Shown here piece after piece: positions 1 through 8,421 of a stretch of DNA of 60,816 nucleotides. How positions within the stretch are numbered: position 1 is the first letter of the stretch; every line of letters starts with the position of its first letter. The notes under the pieces are model-generated. The model saw nothing but the letters and a program-made list of their open reading frames with translations. It did no database searches and was not told the origin of the DNA. The stretch covers positions 1 to 60,816 of the IMG/VR virus record IMGVR_UViG_3300037882_001949, one strand, 5' to 3'. The translations under genes were made by a program, and so were the position numbers. This DNA is from a virus (taxonomy: Duplodnaviria; Caudoviricetes).

Positions 1-130
1 TACAATTATTACATATTATTTTAACTTTAGATTTTGCATTTATATAAGTTACTAAAGAATAATCATATTTATCATTATGTACAATTTTTGCTTTTTCAAT
101 AAATTGTTTTGTTGTTAAACGTTTTTTCAT
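1..130 (-). CDS. Partial gene running off the window start; DUF723/zinc-ribbon-repeat homing endonuclease-like protein
   Basis: Manual translation from ATG at 130: MKKRLTTKQFIEKAKIVHNDKYDYSLVTYINAKSKVKIICNNC, matching the 'FIEKAK.VHGDKYDYS...Y.N...KV.IIC' repeat of phage HEG-like proteins. Confidence 0.65.
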   Translation of the reverse strand, partial: MKKRLTTKQFIEKAKIVHNDKYDYSLVTYINAKSKVKIICNNC

Positions 131-134
131 AATA

Positions 135-166
135 CAAAGATAGTGAATAGTTCTGTAAATACCAAA
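135..166 (-). promoter_or_regulatory. Bacteroidota-type primary sigma promoter
   Basis: Minus strand TTTGG-N19-TATCTTTG (consensus TTTG...TAnnTTTG) just upstream of the ATG at 130. Confidence 0.6.
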
Positions 167-192
167 TTATTTAACAAATATTTTAATAAAAA

Positions 193-678
193 ATGAAAAT
201 AACAATAACGGATAATCCAGATACAACTTCAAATGATGCTTTATTAGCTAATAATATATCTTTTGATGAGTTTTGGCAAAAACACATTTGTCCAAATACT
301 GAATATGAAGAATTAGAATTTTTTGATGAACCAACAGGAATAAGAACTTTTAATTCTATTTATATCAAAACACCTTTTTTAGTAGAAGATATAATAAAAA
401 TTGTATGTAGTTTTGAAAGAGGTGAAGATGATTATGATATTATAGCTAATGCAGGATATGGACAAACATCATCTATGACAAGAAGAAGTATAGTTGGTAA
501 AAAGGGTATATATAGAGTATCTCCAGATTGCATTGAAGATATAAGCATAAAACCTTTAAAAGAATTTTCTAAAGATTATCCTAAATTTAATCGTAAAATT
601 TATGAAACTCTTATGAATGCTGTGGATGATTTTTATGATAATTTAAGAAAAAATATTAATAATGAAAACAAGAATTAG
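193..678 (+). CDS. Hypothetical protein
   Basis: 161-aa ORF with A-rich leader; overlaps the next ORF. Confidence 0.6.
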   Translation: MKITITDNPDTTSNDALLANNISFDEFWQKHICPNTEYEELEFFDEPTGIRTFNSIYIKTPFLVEDIIKIVCSFERGEDDYDIIANAGYGQTSSMTRRSIVGKKGIYRVSPDCIEDISIKPLKEFSKDYPKFNRKIYETLMNAVDDFYDNLRKNINNENKN

Positions 679-2078
679 ACAATTAACAGAACAAGAAAAA
701 CGTTCAAAAGGTGAACAACAAATGATTACTGATTGGTTGAAGATATTCCCTAAAGGTATTCTTTCTATTGTATCAGATACATTTGATCTTTGGAAACTAA
801 TTACTGAATATTTACCAGCTAATAAAGAAGCTATTATGAAAAGAGAAGGTAAATTAGTAATTAGACCTGATTGCTATTCAGAAGATACTTTGTTTTTAAC
901 CAATTATGGTTGGAAAAATATTGATGCTATAAAACAAGGGGCATTAGTAGCACAAGTAGAAGAAGATGGAAGCTATACTTTTGTACAACCAAGTAGAATT
1001 ATAGATGAACCGTATGAAGGTGAAATGTATAAATATACAGATTTTCATGGTAAAATGGATTTACTTGTTACGCCTAATCATAGAATGGTTTATAAACAAT
1101 TTGATAATTGGAAAGTAGATTATGCTGAAAACTGTAAACCTAATAATTATACAAAACAATTTATTAGAAGTGCGAAGGCGGTAAATAAAGGTAGAAAACT
1201 TTCTTTTATAGAAAGATTGAATATTGCTTTTCAAGCTGATGGTAGTTACCAAACAGGCGTTACTTCATCAATTAGATTTAGTTTTTCTAAAATAAGAAAA
1301 ATCCAAAGATTAGAAAATTTACTTAGAGAAAATAATATTGAATATACTACTTATAATCTAGGTGACGGTAAAACTGAATTTAATATTAAAATAGATAAAT
1401 CACAAGTAAGTAAAGATTTTAACTGGGTAAATATTAATAATTTATGCTCTAACTGGTGTCAAGAATTTATAGAAGAACTTTCACATTGGGATTCATCTAT
1501 TAGAAATGATGGAAGAATAAAGTTTGATACTACAAATACTGCTGTAATTTACACTGTTGAACTTATTGCTTTATCTTCTGGATATGGTTGTTTGATTTCT
1601 GAATATGAAGATGAAAGAAGTGAACTTTTTTCTAAAGTCTATACTGCTAATATTTTAATAGAAAATAAACTTGGAGGTCAATCTGTACAAGTAGAAAAAA
1701 CAACTTATAAAGGAAATATAGTTTGTGTTACTGTACCTACAGGTAGAGTTGTTGTTAAAAGAAACAGATGTACAATGGTTTGTGGTAATAGTGGGGATCC
1801 TGTTGATATTATTTGTGGGACTTCTGTAGGTTTAAAAGGTAAACCCTATGAAAAAGGAGTAATTGAATTACTCTGGGACATCTTTGGTGGCACTGTCAAT
1901 GAGCAAGGATATAAAGTTCTTGATCCTCATATTGGAGCAATCTATGGTGATAGTATTACGACTGAACGTCAAGTACAAATATATGAAAGATTGGCAGCTA
2001 AAGGTTTTGCAGCTACTAATATTGTATTAGGTGTAGGTAGTTTTACTTAACAATATAATACAAGAGATACATTAGGGT
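662..2078 (+). CDS. nadV: Nicotinamide phosphoribosyltransferase (NAMPT), exon 1 of a C-terminal portion; contains an intein and an in-frame TAA at 2048-2050
   Basis: Motifs GILSIVSDTFD, LVIRPD|SGDP, HIGAIYGDSIT and NIVLGVGSFT*QYNTRDTLG. Confidence 0.9.
872..1789 (+). mobile_element. Intein (306 aa) with LAGLIDADG-type endonuclease domain
   Basis: Starts CYSEDT after RPD; block B LLVTPNHRM; endonuclease-like AFQADGS; ends CVTVPTG...VCGN followed by Ser+1, so removal restores RPDSGDP. Confidence 0.92.
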
Positions 2079-3261
2079 TGAGTTTTCACAACTGCGAGCC
2101 CCCTTATACAGTGATGTATATTGAATAATTGGAAGAATTGCTGGGAAGTGTTTAAAATCATTATCAGCAGCCGAGTCTCATGGAAGTATGAGGAAGGTTC
2201 AGAGACTAGGGACACTATGGTGAGCCCACAGCATCCAACTACTTGTAAATCAAGTAGATGATATAGTCCAATAAAATTTAACAATAATTTAACATTAAAA
2301 AGTTGCAACCTTAAGATAAATGTCGTAATTTTATACTAAATTAAAAGTATAAATATGAGAAATTGGAATAAATGGACAGAAGAAGATGTAGAATATCTTA
2401 AAGAAATCTATCCTAATGGAGAATCTAAAGGTTGTATCAAGTTACATGATAAATTTACTTTATCCGCAATTAAATATAAAGCAATTAAGTTAGGTATTAA
2501 ATCTAATAATTTTACAAAATGGTCTTTAGAAGAAAAATCTTTACTAATAGAATCTTGGAAAAAAGATACAATGAAAGAATTATTAAATAAATTTCCTAAT
2601 AGAAATTATAATCAACTAATCCATAAAGCTAGTCAATTAGAAGTAAAGTCTGAAACTAATAGAGCTAGAAAAGGAAGTTTAGAATTTTTAAATGAATTAA
2701 ATCTTAAAAGTTGTTATTGGTGGGGATTTATAATAGCTGATGGTCATATATCACATAAAGGAGAATTGGCAATAACTTTATCAAATTTAGATAAAGAACA
2801 CTTGTTAAAATTATCTAATATTTTAGATTGTAATATTTCTGAAAAAGGAAATTTTGTACATCTTAGAATAGGAGATAAATCTTTTGGTGAAAAATGGCTT
2901 AATACACTATCTATAAACGCACCTAAAACATATTTTCCTCCAGATTTATCAATATTCTACACAAAAGAATATTTATTACCTTTTGTTATAGGATTAATTG
3001 ATGGTGATGGGTGTATATGGGAAAGTAAAAATTGGTTAAATTTAAGAATAGAACTGCACGGCAAGTGGTTAAATACTTTACAATTAATATCTGATAAATT
3101 AAAAGAATTTTATGATATTAATTGTAAAATAAAAACTAGTAAACGTGGTTTTTCTCAACTTAATATTAATACTAAAAAGGATTTAAAAATTCTTAAAGAT
3201 TATATTTGTAATGTTGATTATTTAGAAAGAAAATGGAACAAACTAAGCAACCTATAAAGTG
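2079..3261 (+). mobile_element. Group I self-splicing intron in NAMPT
   Basis: 5' exon ends in U (GGGT) and intron ends in G; core elements AATTGCTGGGAA, ATCAGCAGCC, GTTCAGAGACTAG and ATGATATAGTCC; IGS CTGCGAGCCC (2092-2101) pairs with the ligated exons GGGT|TCGCAG; splicing restores TLGFAAKGAWFE. Confidence 0.93.
2355..3257 (+). CDS. Intron-encoded double-motif LAGLIDADG homing endonuclease with N-terminal Myb/SANT-like repeats
   Basis: YWWGFIIADG and FVIGLIDGDG motifs; KWTEED/KWSLEE repeats. Confidence 0.9.
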   Translation: MRNWNKWTEEDVEYLKEIYPNGESKGCIKLHDKFTLSAIKYKAIKLGIKSNNFTKWSLEEKSLLIESWKKDTMKELLNKFPNRNYNQLIHKASQLEVKSETNRARKGSLEFLNELNLKSCYWWGFIIADGHISHKGELAITLSNLDKEHLLKLSNILDCNISEKGNFVHLRIGDKSFGEKWLNTLSINAPKTYFPPDLSIFYTKEYLLPFVIGLIDGDGCIWESKNWLNLRIELHGKWLNTLQLISDKLKEFYDINCKIKTSKRGFSQLNINTKKDLKILKDYICNVDYLERKWNKLSNL

Positions 3262-3611
3262 TCGCAGCTAAAGGAGCTTGGTTTGAAGTACAATCTAATA
3301 AACTAGCAGGACATGGAGATTGTGGAACAAATTGTGTAAATGAGGATTGTAAATCAGATGATTGTCGTCATTCATATAATATCTACAAAGACCCAATTAC
3401 TGATGATGGTACTAAAAAATCTTTGAAAGGATTATTGTGTGTAAGCAGACATAATGGACCTAAAAATGATATTCTTGATGAAGGAGAAATTTATGTTATT
3501 CAAGAATGTTCTTCACAAGGAGAAGATAAAGGTTTATTACAAATAATCTATGAAGATGGTAAATTTTATAATTTTCAAACACTAGAAGAAATAAGAAATA
3601 AATTAAGATAA
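3262..3611 (+). CDS. nadV: NAMPT exon 2 (C-terminus)
   Basis: In-frame FAAKGAWFE...IYKDPITDDGTKKSLKGLL...TLEEIRNKLR*; the listed 3423 ORF is its tail. Confidence 0.9.
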
Positions 3612-3620
3612 ATTTAATTA

Positions 3621-3757
3621 TTGTACCAACAACCTCTGACTCAAGGTCAAGTGTTGAGTTCCCTAGATATGTAACGTTCTAACTCTAGGTAGCTATATAA
3701 GAATGTTTAGTACAAGGCTTATATTAATCCAGAGAGCTAAAGTCGTCTGGTATTTTT
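3621..3757 (+). ncRNA. Candidate structured intergenic RNA, ending in a terminator-like hairpin
   Basis: Helices TTGTAC/GTACAA, ACTCAA/TTGAGT, CCTAGA/TCTAGG, ATATAAG/CTTATAT and CCAGA/TCTGG plus a T-tract. Confidence 0.35.
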
Positions 3758-3777
3758 AAACTAAATAATTAAAACTT

Positions 3778-4023
3778 ATGAAAAAATTACTTTTAATATT
3801 ATCAATAATAACAATTACATTAACTAATTGTACTGAGAATCAAAGAGCTAGAAATTTTGGAGGAAAAGAGAAGCTTTCATTACCAACAAATCATGTATTA
3901 ATTACTTGTTGTTGGAAACAAGATGATTTATGGCTTTTAACAAAAGATACTATAACAAATACTTATTATTGTAGAGAAAAATCATCGTGGGGTATTTGGA
4001 ATGGTGAAATTATAATCAAATAA
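3778..4023 (+). CDS. Small phage lipoprotein
   Basis: Signal peptide with lipobox LTNC followed by TENQRARNFGG. Confidence 0.7.
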   Translation: MKKLLLILSIITITLTNCTENQRARNFGGKEKLSLPTNHVLITCCWKQDDLWLLTKDTITNTYYCREKSSWGIWNGEIIIK

Positions 4024-4051
4024 CAATAAATAATAAACAAATATATAACAA

Positions 4052-4243
4052 ATGAAAAAACAAGTAAAAAACACAACTAAAACATCTCAATCTATTAGTA
4101 CTCATACCAAAGTAAGTAAAGGTATTTATAAACAAGTAAGTGGTAAATATGCAGTAAGACCAACAGTAAATGGTAAACGTTTACATGTTACTTTTACAAG
4201 TATTAAAGCTGCTAAAGCTTATTTAAAAGGTATTAATGGTTAA
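4052..4243 (+). CDS. Small basic protein, possibly AP2/arm-type DNA-binding
   Basis: KGIYKQ.SGKYAVR..VNGKR...TF.SIKAA pattern. Confidence 0.5.
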   Translation: MKKQVKNTTKTSQSISTHTKVSKGIYKQVSGKYAVRPTVNGKRLHVTFTSIKAAKAYLKGING

Positions 4244-4249
4244 TTAATT

Positions 4250-4278
4250 TACAGGGGATTAATTTCCCCTGTATTTTT
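4250..4278 (+). terminator. Intrinsic terminator
   Basis: TACAGGGGA-ttaatt-TCCCCTGTA followed by TTTTTT. Confidence 0.8.
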
Positions 4279-4301
4279 TAAAATTATTTAAATTAAATTA
4301 T

Positions 4302-4817
4302 ATGAAAATATTAAAAATAAGTGAAGATAAAGCATTAAATTTATATAAAGATGCTTCTAAAGAATTAAAAGAAATATTAGAAGATTCTTTTGGTAAAGAA
4401 TTTTTTAAACCTAAATCAATTACTGATAGAATTAAAACTATTGAAGATGTGTTTGAAGAATTAGGTGAGGATTATAATGATTATATACCACCTTTTCCAA
4501 AAGCTAAAACAAAAGAAGAAAAATCATGTAATGCTCAAATGTTATTGTTTAAAATAGCTAAAGTTTATAATGAAGGAACTATTTTAGATTGGAAAGATTC
4601 AAATCAACCTAAATATTTTAATTATAAGTATTTTTCTGGCGGTTCTTGTTTGGTTGATTCTCTTAGTTGGAATACTTATTGTAGTTATTCGGCTGGTTTA
4701 TTTTATAAAAGTAAATCATTAAGTGAAGATTCTTATAATAAATTTAAAAATATTTATAACGATTATTACCTCTTGGTAAAAAATAAATACTTAAAAAGGA
4801 TTTTAGTAAATAATTGA
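4302..4817 (+). CDS. Hypothetical protein resembling Bacteroidota-phage DGR target proteins
   Basis: ITDRIKT.ED...IAKVYNEG...DW...NQPKY...SGGS...FYKS..L pattern; Ser/Gly/Tyr-rich C-terminal segment built from NNT codons. Confidence 0.6.
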   Translation: MKILKISEDKALNLYKDASKELKEILEDSFGKEFFKPKSITDRIKTIEDVFEELGEDYNDYIPPFPKAKTKEEKSCNAQMLLFKIAKVYNEGTILDWKDSNQPKYFNYKYFSGGSCLVDSLSWNTYCSYSAGLFYKSKSLSEDSYNKFKNIYNDYYLLVKNKYLKRILVNN

Positions 4818-4844
4818 AAGATTCCTGATGAAAGTAAATAAACT

Positions 4845-4882
4845 AAAACCCCCAATTACAATTAAGTAATTGGGGGTTTTTT
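4845..4882. terminator. Bidirectional terminator at the convergence of the two modules
   Basis: AAAACCCCCAATTAC-aattaa-GTAATTGGGGGTTTTTT between convergent genes. Confidence 0.88.
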
Positions 4883-4905
4883 ATTAATACCGTTATTTAT
4901 AAATA

Positions 4906-7900
4906 TTATTTTTTAATATAACTATCTTTATTCCATAATCTAGCAACATCAACTACAGGTTTAACTACAGGTATTACTGAAAGTAAACTACCTACAAATT
5001 TATTTTCATCTTTTTTACTACCTCTCTTAAATTTATCACCAGTAATTATACTAGGTGAATATTGTATAACCTTAAACAAATCCTGCATAGTTTTAAGCAT
5101 TGGTATACTTAATTTAGCAGGGTCTGTTAAAGCTTTAGGATTATAAAAGTATAATAAATCACCACTAATTTGATTTAATTGATTTATCATAAATTTATAA
5201 CTAGGGTCTTTACGTTTTTTATCATCTTCAAAACCAACACCTGCTAATATTGTAGCTAATATTAAAGTTAATTCAGTATAATTCTTACGCATATTATATA
5301 AATCAGTTTCATTAAAAGTATATTTTTCAATAGATTCTATATCACTTTGTAATTTAGCAATCATTAATTTAAATCCTTTAACATAAGTTCTATATCTACC
5401 TTCAATAGTCATATCTAATCTTTCATCAAACCTTTCACTACCAAATCTACTTTCAATAGCAGCAGGTATCCACTTTTTAAATTGAAAAACAGATCTAAAT
5501 AAACTATATTGTTGTAATATTGCAGAATCTTTAGCTGAATATCTACCATGAATCATCTGATTAATTCTATGAATTTTATTAGTAGTTTTAAATATAGTAT
5601 TATCATCAAGTTTCTCACCCATTAATTCTACTTTCCATTCACCTTTTTCATCAAAAGCATCCCACATATTAATAATATTACCATCTTTAGTTTTAACCTT
5701 AGTATGTAATAATAATGCTATCATAGTACTAGTTTGCATTTGTTTTTCACCCATTCTTTGAGGTAAATACATTAAAGATTTAATTTTATCTTTATATTCA
5801 TTAGAACCAACATTAATCTTTTCTAGGTTGGTATAATCTTCCAACTCCATTAAAGGATTAAATAATGCTGATATTTTATTTAACTTAGAATCTTCAACCA
5901 TGTTTTCAGCACTGAATATCTTAATTGCTTTTAAATAATCTTTAGTGTTAAAATGTTTACCGCCAATAGCTTCAATTAAGTTACCTATATTACCTATAAC
6001 AGCATTTGTAATAGCATTAAAAGGATTTAAACCTATTCTAAGTAGTGAGGTATACTTAAGCATAAAATCAATATGTGGAGCATATTTTTCTTCTTTCTTA
6101 GATTCACCTAATACTTGCATTTTAATAAATCCATCAACAATTTTATTTAAATTACTCTCTTCACCATTAATAGTTCTATTTTTATTAGTACTTTTAATGA
6201 AATCCTGTTCTTTAATTACCTCTTGAAATAACCTTGTTTTAGGTAATATTTCAGTCATTTGTTCATAAGAGTTAGTAAAATACATAAACTTTAATAAAGA
6301 TGAACCTAAGTCTTTAGATTTGACTTCTGAGCTTATTTTACCAACATACTTAACTGGTACTTCATCTTTAATTAATTCTTCATCTAAAAGCAATCCTGAC
6401 TGTTTACCTTCACTAATTTCTAACATATAGTTAATACTATCTTTCATTTTACCAGTAATATTCTTATCAGATTTTAATATATCTAATAGTGATTGTTCAA
6501 CTATATTAGGTATAAAATCACTAGATATTTTATCAGAATATTGTTTAGGTAATTTACTTTTAATTTCATTAATTTCCCTTTGAAAGAAATCATAAAACTC
6601 TTTTAACTCTTTAGTATTTTGTATTATTTTATAGTTATTATTAACATATTTACTATCTCTTGGTTTAAATTGTCTATTAATAGAATCATAAGTAGCTATT
6701 TTATTTCTAAAAGCTTTACCTTCATCAGGTTTCATTTTAAAACTCTTACTAATTTCATTATAAAATTCAGTAGTGTAAGGTTTAGTAAGCGTTAAAGTAC
6801 CATTATATTCTTGTATAAATGTGTCATATATACTATCACCTTTTAATCCTTTAGAATTCTGATAAGTAGTTAATTTATCAACAGCCTCTTTAACCTTAGT
6901 AAAAGACTTCTTATTATTAATCTCAATTATATTCTGAGCTTTTTTAATTAATAAACCTATAGTTTTAGCTAAATAATTCTTAATATCAGCTAAAGTACTA
7001 AAATTAGCTTCTAAAGCTGAAATATCAGTATCAACAGTATTAAATATAGTTTCATCAAACTCTTTACCAGTAACACTATTCATCTCATCTAAAATATATG
7101 TTTTAGCATATTTCATAGTTATTTCTAATAAACCTGAAACTCTATCTTTAACACCTACAAGATTCTCTAAAGTATGTAATACTTTAACAGTTTTATCAAT
7201 ATTATTAACATTTGGTTTATTACCACTATTAATAACTTGCTCTAAACCATCTAAATAACTTTCAATTTCATCTAAAGTTTCATTAGCTAAATTTAATAAA
7301 GCTTGTTTATTATTATTTTCTAATAATTCTTTTAAACTTGATTCTATTTTTTCAATTTTAGCTTTAGTTTCATCATATTCTTTACTATCTACAGTTAATT
7401 TTTTTAAAGTATTCTTTAATTTACCTGATAATTGACTATAATAAACATATTCTGGTCTTATTTTCTTATCTAAAACCTTAGTTTTATTATCTAAACTATA
7501 TAAAGTAAGGTTTAAACTATCAACTTCATTAATCTTTTTACCAGTTAATATATAATTAGATAATTGTTTACTTAAACTATCTAATTCATTTTCTATATTA
7601 GAATTAGGGTTAAAAAGCTTTATAAAGGCTTTTAAGAGGTTTTTAATAGTTTCCCATAACTTTATACCATCTTCACTATTTAATTCATTAGGAAGCATTG
7701 TATTAGCTATTTGTTTAGCTATTAATTTACCTAAGAATTCGTGTTTTAATAGATTATCATCATTATTATAAGCATCAACATACTCTTTACCTAATATCTC
7801 TTTATAATTTAATCTTGAAATAAGATTTAAAGACCTTTTAACCAATATATGTTCATCACCTAAAGCTAAAGTTAAATGATGCGCTAATTCTTCTGGAAAA

Positions 7901-8421
7901 GTCTCTAAATCAGCTTTATTAATATTAATCTTAATAACTCTACTAACACTATCCCATAATGCTACAGGGTCTAATTCATTAATAGCTGTTTCAAAGAATT
8001 CAACTTTAATATTATTAACCTTAGCATAATCATCTAAAAGAGTCTTGATTCTTGATGATAATTCATTTTTTTTATTTACCGTTTCTTCAGATAAACTAAA
8101 CATAGTAGTTTGAGTACCATATTTCTTCTCATAAGCATCAATTAACTTACTAGGTATAGTAATATCTACAATAGTACCATTAGGATTACTATTATTATCA
8201 ATTTGTACTAGACTACCATAAAATTTAGCTTGAAAAGTATTATCCAAATCTTTCTTAACTCTTCTAGCCCATTCATTAGTTTGGTCTTTAGTTTTAAGTT
8301 TTTCACTACCTATAGGTAATATTATCTTATTAGGTTTAAGTAAAGAAGCTGATGTTTTACCAACATTATAGGCTTCTATTATTTTATCTCTTATTTCATT
8401 TATAGCACAATTCCTATTCAT
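4906..8421 (-). CDS. Large virion cargo (ejection) protein with zincin-like motif
   Basis: 1171 aa, helical; FPEELAHH motif; directly follows the vRNAP gene. Confidence 0.65.
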   Translation of the reverse strand: MNRNCAINEIRDKIIEAYNVGKTSASLLKPNKIILPIGSEKLKTKDQTNEWARRVKKDLDNTFQAKFYGSLVQIDNNSNPNGTIVDITIPSKLIDAYEKKYGTQTTMFSLSEETVNKKNELSSRIKTLLDDYAKVNNIKVEFFETAINELDPVALWDSVSRVIKININKADLETFPEELAHHLTLALGDEHILVKRSLNLISRLNYKEILGKEYVDAYNNDDNLLKHEFLGKLIAKQIANTMLPNELNSEDGIKLWETIKNLLKAFIKLFNPNSNIENELDSLSKQLSNYILTGKKINEVDSLNLTLYSLDNKTKVLDKKIRPEYVYYSQLSGKLKNTLKKLTVDSKEYDETKAKIEKIESSLKELLENNNKQALLNLANETLDEIESYLDGLEQVINSGNKPNVNNIDKTVKVLHTLENLVGVKDRVSGLLEITMKYAKTYILDEMNSVTGKEFDETIFNTVDTDISALEANFSTLADIKNYLAKTIGLLIKKAQNIIEINNKKSFTKVKEAVDKLTTYQNSKGLKGDSIYDTFIQEYNGTLTLTKPYTTEFYNEISKSFKMKPDEGKAFRNKIATYDSINRQFKPRDSKYVNNNYKIIQNTKELKEFYDFFQREINEIKSKLPKQYSDKISSDFIPNIVEQSLLDILKSDKNITGKMKDSINYMLEISEGKQSGLLLDEELIKDEVPVKYVGKISSEVKSKDLGSSLLKFMYFTNSYEQMTEILPKTRLFQEVIKEQDFIKSTNKNRTINGEESNLNKIVDGFIKMQVLGESKKEEKYAPHIDFMLKYTSLLRIGLNPFNAITNAVIGNIGNLIEAIGGKHFNTKDYLKAIKIFSAENMVEDSKLNKISALFNPLMELEDYTNLEKINVGSNEYKDKIKSLMYLPQRMGEKQMQTSTMIALLLHTKVKTKDGNIINMWDAFDEKGEWKVELMGEKLDDNTIFKTTNKIHRINQMIHGRYSAKDSAILQQYSLFRSVFQFKKWIPAAIESRFGSERFDERLDMTIEGRYRTYVKGFKLMIAKLQSDIESIEKYTFNETDLYNMRKNYTELTLILATILAGVGFEDDKKRKDPSYKFMINQLNQISGDLLYFYNPKALTDPAKLSIPMLKTMQDLFKVIQYSPSIITGDKFKRGSKKDENKFVGSLLSVIPVVKPVVDVARLWNKDSYIKK

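Noticed and set aside
2072-2308. Minus-strand 78-aa ORF
   Set aside because: Antisense to the group I intron core; explained by the intron
4820-4850. Hammerhead ribozyme (CTGATGA...)
   Set aside because: Stem II is followed by AAAAC rather than GAAA, and no stems I/III are evident
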